From sequence record OR413581.1: a stretch of DNA of 64,000 nt, one strand, 5' to 3'. How positions within the stretch are numbered: position 1 is the first letter of the stretch; each line of letters begins with the position of its first letter. The notes under the pieces were generated by a model that was given only the letters and a program-made list of their open reading frames with translations, had not been told where the DNA came from and searched no databases. Positions 45,901 to 54,781 of this stretch are shown here, one piece after another. The position numbers and the translations under genes are program-made.

Positions 45901-47086
45901 TGGAGGAAAGATTACCAAAGGTGAACGCGCCCTTCTGCAGGCGTTTCATGACCTCTGGATTTTTCTCCATCTCCTCGCGAGTCCATTTCTGGAGTTTCTC
46001 GATTTGTGGACCGAGTAGTTTCTTCGCAAGGAATCCGCTACCCCACGCAGTTGCTTTATCGCGAGCATTTGTTTTGCGACGTTCGGCAGTCAACGAAGAG
46101 CTGTCGCTCATGCCGAAATCATCTTCAACACCCATGCCGAGAACAGATTCTAACAAACCACGACCTTCGCCAAATATACCTGAAATTTTCTTCTTGGTAT
46201 TTTCGCGAATCATGTCCATAAACCCGTCGGCATAACGCAACGGGTTCATCCATTCTGCAGCCTGACGTTTAACGTTCGCCCAACGGACTTCTGAGAAATC
46301 TTCCTTCGCGTAATCCGGCAATGCCGTGTTCTTCACGATGGCTTCTAAAGCAGGCGTATTACGATCGAACTCCGACTGCTTCATCTTCACGATGTCTTGG
46401 ATGGCAAACAGGGTACGGTATTGCAGTTCGAGTTTCTTACGCTCGATGTTTAAGAATACCCCGCGGCTTAACCCGGTTAGCAGGTTAATGTCTTTCGCCA
46501 TCCCAATCATGGTTTGGTGCATTGCATCCGCACGCATCTCTTTGATGCTGTCGCGGAGCTTATCCTCTACCATGCTGTCCTGCAGCTGACGTTGTTCTTC
46601 GGCGTCCTTTGGCACACCTGAGAAAACGTCGCCCAGTTCACGATCCATCAACGCCTGATTAGGATCGTAATTTTGGTAATCCAACTGGTCAGATTTTGAC
46701 CACTTGTCGAAGCGCTTAGTAACTGCATCCGGCAAGTATTTCTTCATCGTCGGACCGAGTTGGCGTGCTTGCATCTTCAGCGTGCGCTCGGTCTTCTCAA
46801 GCTCCCCTTTCGTATGGGCGTAAATGTCCTTTGCTGCAGCTGCCGCTGACTGATAACCCTCGTATGCGTCAGCTGCCGGCTTAGGCATCCCCTTGAGGAT
46901 AACTTGGTCACGTTTCCCTTCTGGCCAGATAGTTGACAACGCCGACTTCCTGGCAACATTCAGGGTACTGAGTATCGGGCTTCGTTTTTTCTCGTCTTTG
47001 GGACGGGGTGGTTCACCGAAATCATCCCAGTCGTCGAGTCTATCTAAATCGATATCATCGAAACCGTCTTTGCCTCTTTTTGCCAT
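39965..47086 (-). CDS. Giant tail protein: tape measure with lytic transglycosylase domain (phiKZ gp181-like)
   Basis: 2373 aa; long helical, Gly/Lys/Arg-rich region; C-terminal AMAKAESGFN..ASGLFQF..TW..DPWANAILG..YLYHFLG SLT domain. Confidence 0.9.
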   Translation of the reverse strand: MAKRGKDGFDDIDLDRLDDWDDFGEPPRPKDEKKRSPILSTLNVARKSALSTIWPEGKRDQVILKGMPKPAADAYEGYQSAAAAAKDIYAHTKGELEKTERTLKMQARQLGPTMKKYLPDAVTKRFDKWSKSDQLDYQNYDPNQALMDRELGDVFSGVPKDAEEQRQLQDSMVEDKLRDSIKEMRADAMHQTMIGMAKDINLLTGLSRGVFLNIERKKLELQYRTLFAIQDIVKMKQSEFDRNTPALEAIVKNTALPDYAKEDFSEVRWANVKRQAAEWMNPLRYADGFMDMIRENTKKKISGIFGEGRGLLESVLGMGVEDDFGMSDSSSLTAERRKTNARDKATAWGSGFLAKKLLGPQIEKLQKWTREEMEKNPEVMKRLQKGAFTFGNLSSISNSAIAGETQGPLADLFRVLNELGIVQPLNREKAFLDERNGETLSRSAKFDRKAYLSLVEVIPAWLAEINKSVRRGYGEHADLEYDITSRGFVDRKVLGNRVRKAVANDEQRLRLQNSINSTVDFVDRGKTLSQKDRQHLADYIESRASQGRAFDVEAILKDPMHLHRYMPGNAAERIKEALQGHSDSLVGGSNELSNELARKISTVQSSITQRQAIIDEAVNIYGERALRDAGIFNYDAKSDTFGADKDLSDPYTLFNDLAMGKTRSGRALTREQEIQRKLQNGSALGDYLRRMNQGASGGADDTSLPPALRGGGKGRGMSPRQLAAVLYGETSTNFVELLSQRNRGEEAPRNNFDGIIEAIRGNNNSDTLQKILEHVRSMDEEGVLLASLAGGAGSGDEEMGPPRPGGGSGGGKRRRIIIGEDGLIRRWGGVLFDTATGIGGFAKRGVKGAWNKLNQFGGWARGKIAGMGGGEGPGFLTRMRGLISGSVRGGFEAVSSFGKGLLGIRDVYDDHGNVVLQGARLEAGEYYQVIDGKMVQLKTLDDIKLGSDIVDSAGNLVLAAADLAAAGKLRYYKGGKIQALTQGLASKIGLGFNKVAKLPKRFLDFLSPKAGSIVGKIKDWLNEIPEGEEKTRLQKAFNRVTSLPGKVLGFAKRGVDRLKDMITDNPLTRWWKGRKDGGGGGFSIFSSTGKKTNHILIRIYKLLNQRLPGEPEDESWTEEMEKGVGGGGSTIGRAVRGAYNRAKSSLSERFGGRWSRTKAFFGRGRDRLRGWFSGFRGRAGDMLDGYRGARHDIATRYEVERRLAGRDDDVAEFYRSHLNAKGGLSGRKVYGDAKEDLETARDAAGRVINKGKNAAKSAGARLFERLDRMIGLQEMSWFNTMRESVSRAGGDDGIIRTMFAKFGKRNKPPEGDEKRDYFNFFKRWREKRKEKKEKAQGSKGKSGGLWDMVKGLPIIGPIVSILGTVGNILGSITKWGVLKPVGLLGKAAWNVGKFAVTRLAAPAVSAVATAASAVVTAVGWPAILIGGAIAAAGYAAYKIATTTYTQYLDKMRLAQYGFRDYDKWSSDDGAKARYLEDALREYVSYAEDGQASLRGLGGKDVQKLAEGFGINVEEKGEMLAFQAFMLQRFIPIYLRWITALKSMPNSIQLADVGDAKKVSKEDMQTLFNKMKMTKDAKAFSSLTDPRKVNQGFFSKAWDVVTFTPKEFLSGEEVMEVQNEVERAIKFRMDDKKARKYGMAPAVEGIKSAGVDEAINKLGQLDNERNKNLAKVEGWEDGTEQVQIQVDWNAVLDQKDMNAMESVRWKTYGFTTIDNATRTLITVFEKNVIKDIDVKTASYKGDWKKAIASMVPDAIGTPKEDRLKRWFFDRFLPVFMTYLVGVKRYLPTADPLNLKLTGGYLYEISLMMSTAYSLKGGIRQSVWEVNINPLGGDANTNPSSIKAELETLKLLSKEADLAVRNMIKAIKNNGKRARWKDRNKNRSSLEVTGEDEEDSNISSGDSLSSDGARASGYIPSGTSGGVPGNLGQVVDAVGGVRNYAAMTTGSSSINLSDVKDGDYKSLAEKYPIEMLGRKGALNVPNIKALITDAANMMGVPPAVALAMAKAESGFNYTAKNPYASASGLFQFVNGTWDGMMKGYSRKFGIPRVNQMDPWANAILGVQFIRDNIQQAQRDLGGKAPPPAVAYLYHFLGAGGGKKFLEAWKRNPNMAASSAPGITSAILRGNANVFYSNGRIRSVDGVIQELNRRMGAISANEVAADPSKTKDMVAGLSPNSPTNPAAAMGAPAANDPSLSPADNLPADNANRRDDALTQKGAMAAQDAMATAAGNVGPAAPTPTTGGTGTSDASTTAETVASQAAAEGLSATDVAKVKAGAEAQVNAAARPVAAPTSDATASTPTLNGDPIDVQQLKVLIQSRDYLKEIRDILKSNPRAANDIRGGSIQQAANVPPPGSAARRQEITQPTPSLNVSRKAS

Positions 47087-47115
47087 AGTGTTTCTTCCAA
47101 TTCAGGAGCTTAAAA

Positions 47116-48729
47116 GTGAGAAAGCTAAACTGGGTTGACTTTTACTTGTTAAACGTCAACAAGTCCCTGGTGTCGCATTTAAAACCAGTTACAACAACAG
47201 ACACCTTTCAGGGACTGACGAAAAACTTTCACCCTGAAGGACTGTATTCAACCGAAATATTTGGCCTCACAGGGAGCGAGGCACGAGACTCAACGTTCTC
47301 GTACATTGATATCAAACTGGATATCATTTCGCCGACCGTTTGTTTGGCACTGTTCCAGCTGAAACAGCTGTACGAAGAAATCTGTTCCGGGAAGCGATTC
47401 GCTATCTGGAATGAGAAAGAAAAAGATTTCGAGCCGGCTCTGCCCAGTGATAAAGGTGCAGACACCGGCTTCAACTTCTTCCTACGCTACTACGAACAAC
47501 TGACTCCGGGACGCAACGAATCAATGCGTCGCGACGAGACAGTCGATTTCTTCAATAAGTTCCGTCCGGTCAGTCTCAGCCGCTATGTGCTGGTTCTGCC
47601 TGCGGGATTACGTGATTTGGTCATTCGTCAGGATGGCCGCGACCAAGAAGAAGAGATTGGCGGACTCTACCGCCGTCTGATTTCTCTGGCACGTGCAATC
47701 CCCGACCGCAGTACGCGAACGGAACTGACTGACCCGGTTCGCTGGAAGCTCCAACAAACCTTTAATGACATCTGGATGTACTTCTTCAACATCCAAGACG
47801 GTAAAGGTGGTTTTGCACGTCGTAAAGTGACGTCACGTAAGTTAATGAACGGTACGCGTAACGTACTGTCTTCATTCTCAACCGGTTCCAAGGTCATGGG
47901 TCGCGAAGATGCGATTCGTCCAACGGATACCCGTATCGGTTTGTACCAAACCCTGAAGGCATTACTGCCTGTGGCGCAATACCACATCCGTGAACGTTAC
48001 CTCAGTAACATCCGGGCAGGGGACGGAAACTTATACGGCGTTAACACCAAAACACTCAAGCGTGAGTTCCTGGAAGTCTCCGGGCGGGTGTATGACCTTT
48101 TCACTACCGACGATGGCATCGAAACACTCATCAACAGAATGGAAGCGCGCGAGCTTCGACATAAACCGCTGATGATTGATCCGGACCATTACGTGGCATT
48201 AATCTACCAGGACAAACGCAGCTTCAAAATCTTTTACGATATTGAAGACCTGCCGGAAGGACGTGACCGTAAGCTTGTCCGCGGACTGAGCTTAGCGGAA
48301 CTCCTCTATTTGTCAGGTTACGATATTTGGAATGACTACTTCTCATTCATCACGCGTTATCCGGTTACGGGACGCGGTTCGACTTACTCCTCGACCATAA
48401 GATTGGAGACCACCACCTCTTCCCTCTATTTGCATGAACTGGAAGACGATTGGGTCACGTTAAAAGAGAAGGGAGCAATTAGCTTCCCTGACCGTACCGT
48501 GAAAACCTTTGTGGAATCCATGGCACCACATCCATCCCGATTAGGGGGCTTGGGTGGTGACTACGATGGTGACACCGGCTCAGCAAACAGCCCGATGTCA
48601 ACCGAAGCGCTCGAGGAAAATCGGAAGTGGGTCAGTTCGAAAAACTACTGGTTTGCAACAGACGGCAGTTTCAAAATCAATCCGGTTAACAACGTGATTA
48701 AAAGAACGACTGCTGCGCTGTTGAAATGA
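47116..48729 (+). CDS. rpoC: Virion RNA polymerase beta' subunit, middle fragment (catalytic)
   Basis: GLYSTEIFG, LVLPAGLRD, RYP, LGGDYDGD (NADFDGD variant); SD AGGAG. Confidence 0.92.
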   Translation: MRKLNWVDFYLLNVNKSLVSHLKPVTTTDTFQGLTKNFHPEGLYSTEIFGLTGSEARDSTFSYIDIKLDIISPTVCLALFQLKQLYEEICSGKRFAIWNEKEKDFEPALPSDKGADTGFNFFLRYYEQLTPGRNESMRRDETVDFFNKFRPVSLSRYVLVLPAGLRDLVIRQDGRDQEEEIGGLYRRLISLARAIPDRSTRTELTDPVRWKLQQTFNDIWMYFFNIQDGKGGFARRKVTSRKLMNGTRNVLSSFSTGSKVMGREDAIRPTDTRIGLYQTLKALLPVAQYHIRERYLSNIRAGDGNLYGVNTKTLKREFLEVSGRVYDLFTTDDGIETLINRMEARELRHKPLMIDPDHYVALIYQDKRSFKIFYDIEDLPEGRDRKLVRGLSLAELLYLSGYDIWNDYFSFITRYPVTGRGSTYSSTIRLETTTSSLYLHELEDDWVTLKEKGAISFPDRTVKTFVESMAPHPSRLGGLGGDYDGDTGSANSPMSTEALEENRKWVSSKNYWFATDGSFKINPVNNVIKRTTAALLK

Positions 48730-48747
48730 TACCCATAAGGCACATGT

Positions 48748-51700
48748 ATGATTTTTCTGAAACAGTTTAACCAGCGCTTTACCGTGCGCAAGACCGATGA
48801 GTTCGGTCGTCCGCGTATTATCCCGCTGGAGAAGCTCCAGCTCCCACGTGGTTCTATCTACCACACCATCGATTTAGACCAGGTGGTTTTAGCACCACCG
48901 TCAACCACACCATGTTTTGGTCAGCTGGAAAAACCGGCGATGATTCGCCACCACTTCCAGCTGCCTGAAGACGGCATTATTGGCCATCCGCGTAAGAAAC
49001 CGGTTGTTGGCCAAGAACGTCAAATCTTCCAGTACCATCGTAACAATCGTCGTATTCGTCGCATGATTGAAGACGGCGTAGTACGTTCCGATCCAAAAGT
49101 GCTGCTCATCGAAAACTACACCCCGATGCTGCCGCATTATTTCTACCCAGATACTCTGATGTCCTGGTACGAACGTCTGCACAACATTCAGCTGCTGATA
49201 ACTAACCAGATGAAAACTGACTCACGTGAGTACATGCGTCAGAACTACTACATCATCGAACTGGGTAACGTACTGCCTTCTTTCGATCGTTTTAAAATGA
49301 CGTATAACGATCGTGTTAAAACCAAACTGGAGCGCTTTAAAGACTTTAACCTGCTGTGGTTACTGGAACTGTTCGGTTGGGCTTACGGCGATCAGCAAGC
49401 AACCCTGTTCGACGGTATGGACATGAACCAGCTGTCACGTGTGAACTTTATCTTCACACACAACGGTGGTTTTACATCCATGAACATGGGTGTAATTGAA
49501 AGAATGCGTAAGTCTGCCGGCGGTCGTTTGACTGACGTGCAGATGGGCAGAATGTTCTACCGTACACTGACTACGGTGATGACCACACCGCCGTCTACCG
49601 ACTACGAAGATGACGAGTTCGTTACACCGGAAGGGGACGAACGCGTACATCTGGGAGAGGACGACGATGCCGTTGAAACCGTTGCCAGTAAACCGGAAGA
49701 AAGCCTCGATATCGTCGACGATGAAGCAACACAAAGCGACAACGTTGACGATACATTGAACGATCATGAGTTCGATGAGAAAGAAGATCTGGTCATCGAA
49801 GCGCCGAAAGAAGATGTCAAACCAACCACCATCGTCGTAGAACGCACCATCCCACACGATGCTGTGATTAAACAGGAAGTTGAGCGCCTGGCAGAAGCGG
49901 GCCGCGTCACCGCCAAAGCGTATCAGTTCCTGAACGAATCTTCTAAACGTTTCGTAAACTTACCCAACCCGTACAATCCTAAAGAGACGTACGGCGAAGG
50001 TCTGACCATCGATCCGAAGAAACTCGAAGTTAAAGCCGAGCCTAAGAAGATTGAACGCTTAGTTACGGATGAAGCCTGGGCGGAAAATACCACCGACCAA
50101 ATCATTCGTCAGTACAACCAGGAAATCTTCCCGAAAGATATTCTGGGGGCAGTAGCGTCATCTCAGCGTCTCGGTTTGGCGATTCACAATCACACTGTTG
50201 AGAAAGAGATTTCCGTTACCGGGAATATCGAACACCACACGTTGCGTATTCAGCCGATTGGCGGAGAACCAACCACGGTACGTTTCTCAATTCCTGCATT
50301 AACCGAAGACGGTACTTGGGTTGCAAATGGTGTGGAATATACAATGCGTCGTCAGCGTGTTGATCTTCCTATCCGTAAAGTGTCCCACGATACTGTAGCG
50401 TTAACCACTGCCTACGGGAAGAACTTTGTCCGTCGCAGTGATAAAGTCGTCAATGATTACGGACGTTGGCTCACTAACGCGATTATTACTCGCGCGGTCG
50501 ATCCAAAGAACACCGAAATCACTGATGCAAAACTGGCGAATGTGTTCGATCCGCTGTCTAAACTGCCGCGTCAGTACACCGAGGTGGCACGTCGTGTAGC
50601 AGCGTTCAACGCAATTGGGTACCAATGGAACTTTGACATTAAACAGAAAGCGGCATTCTTTAACGAAGGGCAACTGGCAGACGCGGACCGTGTCGAGCTG
50701 GTACCTGTGGCGAAGAAACCGCGGAGTCATGTCATCGTCGGTATGGATAAAAACTCCCAGCTCTATCGAGTGGATAAGGATAAGACCGAACCACTGGGTA
50801 CGCTCGCCGAAGTCTTTGGCGTGGACACCTCTAAGGCTCCACGTGAAATGACCGAACTTTCACTGATGGGCAAATCAATCTCGCTGGGCTTTGTGTTTGC
50901 GTACTATCTCGGGTTAACCGGGATGTTGAAACACTTTGGTATCAGTTACGAGGTTCTCTCTGTCGGACAACGTATCGATAAAGGTCAGTTCGACTCCATT
51001 ATTCGTCTCCAGGATGCGAAAATTGCAATTGTCTGCGAGAACGATCAACAGAGGATGATTGTCAACGGCTTAGACCGTTACATTAAACATTTTACCACGT
51101 ATACCGAGTCGGAAGTTGACCGGGAAGACATTTACCTGAACCTGTTACGCGATGCAGATGGGCTAACACCACGCTACATCAAAGAGCTGAAACTGATGCG
51201 GACCGCATTTGTTGACGACATGCACGCGCGTATCCTCAGGAAAATGGGCGAGCCGGAAACCTTTATCGGCTTACTGGAGCGTTCTAACGAACTGCTGCAG
51301 ACGGACCACACGTTACCGGAAATTAACGGTGACGAAATGATGTTCATCGGGAACCAACGTATTTCGTATCACATCTACACCGCGATGGTGCGGGCGATGC
51401 GTAACTACAACAACGCGCCTAACTCGAATCGTAAGTTTGAGTTGACGCAGGACATGGTGTGGGGTGCAATTAACTCCGACCCGTCTGTTCTCCTGGCACC
51501 TGGCGCAAACCCGGTACAGAACATCAAAGAAAAGGATGTCGTTACCATGGGCGGTACAGGTGGTCGTAACCGCAAGACCATGGTCTACAGTACCCGTGAA
51601 TTCCAACCGAGCGACCTGGGGATTGTCTCCGGTAACACGGTCGATAACGGCGATGTAGGTATCACCGCCTTTGCAACAAACAATCCGCGTTACGACACCG

Positions 51701-52953
51701 TGGACGGCACGACCTTTAAAAAGGACCTCGATAAACTGAAGCCAGGTGAGGCACTGTCATTTATTGATGGCTTGGTGCCGGATACCCTGATGGACGATGC
51801 TAAGCGTCAGAACTTCGTTGGGATTCAATTCGGTTCTGCGACCAGTTGTGTTGGCGCAACCACCACACCGTATCGTACCGAGCAAGAAAAGTTCGTGGCA
51901 CACCGTACTTCTGTGAAGCACGCACGCGTAATCGATAAACCTGGCAAGATTGTGGAGGTTCTTAACGACCACGTTAAAATCAAATACGACGACGGAGAGG
52001 AAGAAGCTTTCCCACTGGGCCGTTGGTTCGGTCCGCACGAAGGGACTTACTACCCACACACTCTGGTAACGAAATGGAAGCGCGGAGATAAACTCCCTGC
52101 CGGTGCCGTTATCACGTACAACGAACAACACTTTGAACCAGACATCTACGATCCAACGCAGGTCAGTTTTAAAAACGGGATACTGGCAACTGTCGCTTTG
52201 ATTGAAGGGGAAGAAGTAATTGAGGACTCCAACGCCATTAGTGAGCGGTTCGCTGCTAAGGCTGAAGCCGATGTTACCAAACTCAAAGAAGTCACAATGA
52301 CGTTTACCCAGAACCTGTTGGAGATGGTAAAAGAAGGGGACCACGTAGACGTGGATTCAATTCTATGCACCTTCACCGACAACCTGACCGGCGATATGAG
52401 CGGGTTCAGTAAAGAAGCAGCGGAAACGCTGCGTGAGTTAAGCTCCTTTGCACCACGCTCTGGTGTTCGTGGGTTTATCGACAAAATCGAAGTGGTTTAC
52501 CACGGCGAGGTGGAAGATATGACCCCGTCTTTGGCGGAGATGGTTCGTAAATACGACCGTATACGTCGGAAGACTGCGCTGGCTCTCAAACGTGACGAGC
52601 CGAAGGATGGTCGAGTCAACGGTGATTTTCGTGTTGAGGGGGTGCCGTTAGCGTACAATAGCCTGTGTGTCCGATTCTACATCACACACCGGGTAGAGAT
52701 GGCAGCAGCGGATAAGATGGTTATTGCTAACCAGCTGAAAACGACGGTTCAGGAAGTGATGTATGGAACCAACAAAACGGAAGACGGGCAGGAACTCGAC
52801 ATTATCTTTGGTCGTGATTCCGTCGACGCACGTATCGTAGGTTCTATCATGCGCATCGGAACCACCAACGCTGTCGGGTATCGTGGTGGGGAGAATATCG
52901 GACGCATCTTAGATGGTGAAGACGTCCCAGCCTTGCCGGCTAAAATCAACTAA
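48748..52953 (+). CDS. rpoB: Virion RNA polymerase beta subunit, N-terminal/major fragment
   Basis: 1401 aa; NGVEY..RRQ, TMGGTGG, DDAKRQNF..Q, EDSNAISE, ADKM..NQLKTTV, LDIIFG motifs of beta. Confidence 0.92.
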   Translation: MIFLKQFNQRFTVRKTDEFGRPRIIPLEKLQLPRGSIYHTIDLDQVVLAPPSTTPCFGQLEKPAMIRHHFQLPEDGIIGHPRKKPVVGQERQIFQYHRNNRRIRRMIEDGVVRSDPKVLLIENYTPMLPHYFYPDTLMSWYERLHNIQLLITNQMKTDSREYMRQNYYIIELGNVLPSFDRFKMTYNDRVKTKLERFKDFNLLWLLELFGWAYGDQQATLFDGMDMNQLSRVNFIFTHNGGFTSMNMGVIERMRKSAGGRLTDVQMGRMFYRTLTTVMTTPPSTDYEDDEFVTPEGDERVHLGEDDDAVETVASKPEESLDIVDDEATQSDNVDDTLNDHEFDEKEDLVIEAPKEDVKPTTIVVERTIPHDAVIKQEVERLAEAGRVTAKAYQFLNESSKRFVNLPNPYNPKETYGEGLTIDPKKLEVKAEPKKIERLVTDEAWAENTTDQIIRQYNQEIFPKDILGAVASSQRLGLAIHNHTVEKEISVTGNIEHHTLRIQPIGGEPTTVRFSIPALTEDGTWVANGVEYTMRRQRVDLPIRKVSHDTVALTTAYGKNFVRRSDKVVNDYGRWLTNAIITRAVDPKNTEITDAKLANVFDPLSKLPRQYTEVARRVAAFNAIGYQWNFDIKQKAAFFNEGQLADADRVELVPVAKKPRSHVIVGMDKNSQLYRVDKDKTEPLGTLAEVFGVDTSKAPREMTELSLMGKSISLGFVFAYYLGLTGMLKHFGISYEVLSVGQRIDKGQFDSIIRLQDAKIAIVCENDQQRMIVNGLDRYIKHFTTYTESEVDREDIYLNLLRDADGLTPRYIKELKLMRTAFVDDMHARILRKMGEPETFIGLLERSNELLQTDHTLPEINGDEMMFIGNQRISYHIYTAMVRAMRNYNNAPNSNRKFELTQDMVWGAINSDPSVLLAPGANPVQNIKEKDVVTMGGTGGRNRKTMVYSTREFQPSDLGIVSGNTVDNGDVGITAFATNNPRYDTVDGTTFKKDLDKLKPGEALSFIDGLVPDTLMDDAKRQNFVGIQFGSATSCVGATTTPYRTEQEKFVAHRTSVKHARVIDKPGKIVEVLNDHVKIKYDDGEEEAFPLGRWFGPHEGTYYPHTLVTKWKRGDKLPAGAVITYNEQHFEPDIYDPTQVSFKNGILATVALIEGEEVIEDSNAISERFAAKAEADVTKLKEVTMTFTQNLLEMVKEGDHVDVDSILCTFTDNLTGDMSGFSKEAAETLRELSSFAPRSGVRGFIDKIEVVYHGEVEDMTPSLAEMVRKYDRIRRKTALALKRDEPKDGRVNGDFRVEGVPLAYNSLCVRFYITHRVEMAAADKMVIANQLKTTVQEVMYGTNKTEDGQELDIIFGRDSVDARIVGSIMRIGTTNAVGYRGGENIGRILDGEDVPALPAKIN

Positions 52954-52957
52954 TGTA

Positions 52958-52976
52958 GGGCGGGTCGCTCCCGCCC
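52958..52976 (+). other. Intercistronic GC stem-loop without U-tract
   Basis: GGGCGGG-TCGCT-CCCGCCC. Confidence 0.5.
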
Positions 52977-53000
52977 GGTAAATAAACTCCGGAGTTAATA

Positions 53001-53294
53001 ATGGGAATTTTAGATACGCTCAAGCAGCAGCATGGGATTCCGGTGGGCCGTAATAGCACGAATCCGGAAACGGAAGGTTATTCCCCACAGCAACGCATGA
53101 ACTTTGTTGTTCTGGGCAATGCGGTTGAATTGGCCACCGAAATTATTCACGGACTGCTGAAGGGCAGCAATGGCCTGTCTGACCGCATGGGCGATCAGCG
53201 TTTGCTGAAACGAGACATCGCTGATATGGTGGGTGCGCGTATTACTGGTCGCATCCAGGATTCCATCAGCACCAAAAACGGGGGTCAGGCATGA
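53001..53294 (+). CDS. Hypothetical (probable virion) protein
   Basis: SD GGAG; located in the late virion operon. Confidence 0.65.
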   Translation: MGILDTLKQQHGIPVGRNSTNPETEGYSPQQRMNFVVLGNAVELATEIIHGLLKGSNGLSDRMGDQRLLKRDIADMVGARITGRIQDSISTKNGGQA

Positions 53295-54766
53295 TCAACT
53301 TATATTCACTTAATGCTGTCACCAACGCAATGAAACTGGCGAAACAACACCAGGTTCGTTTGGAAGCTGACGTTGACAGTCCTGTTGGTCTACTGACAAA
53401 AGCGACTACGCAGCAGAGCGTTTTCGATACACAGATAACCGACGAAGAGTTCTTCCAGTCTCTGCCGGATATCACTGCACTGAAAACGCCGCAGGCCGGT
53501 ACAGGCGAAGCGTCTGTAATCGCGGACACGGCGGCGGGTCCAGAAACGCTGAACGTCGAAGACCACGAACCGACACTGTTCGAACTGAAACGTATGGCTA
53601 TCCAACGTTGTCAGGGTATGCTTGACTTTGCCCGTAACGTTATTCAGCCGTTTGTTCAACTGGTTATCCAAAACAACCAGGGTATTGAAAACCAGGCAGT
53701 TAGCGAAGAATGGGCACTTGTGCCTGCAGGTATGGACCCGGCGTTGAACTCCCCGGTGGTACAGGCATTAATTGATTCGGTAGAAAACCCGCTGGGCAAT
53801 GGTACTACGCACCCTGCAGTTAAAGCCAACGTCCCTGCCGATATCGAACTGCCAGAAACCGGCAGCAAAGCATACGACGATCTGGTTAAAGAACTGTTGA
53901 ATGCGCTGGGTTGGAATATCAACGAAGCCGTTCGCAACATGCTCGAAGGGAACATGCTCTCTCCGGTAAGCGACCAGGCACCGCACAACCTGAAACGCAA
54001 CATTCTGTTTATGCTGCTTTCTGGCTACTACCTGGAAATGCCGTGGAAAGACTCTGGTCTGAATAGCGGGCAGTGGAAAGCACAGATGCTGCCGTTGCAT
54101 TACAGCTATATCGGTTGGGTTTACGCCTACACCCAGAACATCGTTACCCGCATCAAGACCGGTAACATTGTCTTCGGATACGACAACGTTGAGAAGAAAG
54201 TGTATATCTGTCAGGAAGTGATGGACGACTATCTGGAAAAAGGCGGTAGCGTTGAAGCGTTGCTGGGCGCTATCTACCAGCTGGACGAAGGTGACACCAA
54301 TGTCTCCACGCGTGTAGCTTCACTGTTGGAAAAACAGAAAGACTACATCGCTGCCTGGGGACACCGTTCTGCGATTCAGCGTGCTAAGCTCGACAGCAGT
54401 TGGGTAACACGCAATCGCCAGTCACTGAAACAAGCGTTTAACGTGGCCATCGATGCAACCGATCCTGAACTGTTCTGGCGTGGACAGGACGGTCAGGTAG
54501 CAACGCCGGAGTTCGTTAAGAAATCAACGGCAAGCTTCATCGATTCGTTCTTCACAACCGACACCACAGACATCACTGAGTTCGTTATCAAAGTCTCCGC
54601 GACTGAGGTCTTCGGCGAATACGAACTGTCCAAGCTGATGCTGGATATTCATCGTGGTATGATTGCTAACCGTCAACCTGACGAGGTGGCAACCGACTGG
54701 ATGATTAACTACGTCCTGGATTGGATTTGTGGCGGTGTGGTTATTTCTGTACCGAGCAAAGTTTAA
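53291..54766 (+). CDS. Probable inner head protein
   Basis: 491 aa, ATGA overlap; position matches SPN3US gp243 (recalled). Confidence 0.6.
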   Translation: MINLYSLNAVTNAMKLAKQHQVRLEADVDSPVGLLTKATTQQSVFDTQITDEEFFQSLPDITALKTPQAGTGEASVIADTAAGPETLNVEDHEPTLFELKRMAIQRCQGMLDFARNVIQPFVQLVIQNNQGIENQAVSEEWALVPAGMDPALNSPVVQALIDSVENPLGNGTTHPAVKANVPADIELPETGSKAYDDLVKELLNALGWNINEAVRNMLEGNMLSPVSDQAPHNLKRNILFMLLSGYYLEMPWKDSGLNSGQWKAQMLPLHYSYIGWVYAYTQNIVTRIKTGNIVFGYDNVEKKVYICQEVMDDYLEKGGSVEALLGAIYQLDEGDTNVSTRVASLLEKQKDYIAAWGHRSAIQRAKLDSSWVTRNRQSLKQAFNVAIDATDPELFWRGQDGQVATPEFVKKSTASFIDSFFTTDTTDITEFVIKVSATEVFGEYELSKLMLDIHRGMIANRQPDEVATDWMINYVLDWICGGVVISVPSKV

Positions 54767-54781
54767 TAAAGAGGGGTGGTC

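Noticed and set aside
40374-47138. Many 60-180-aa plus-strand ORFs inside the tape-measure gene
   Set aside because: Shadow frames with Ser/Arg/Pro-rich composition and no translation signals
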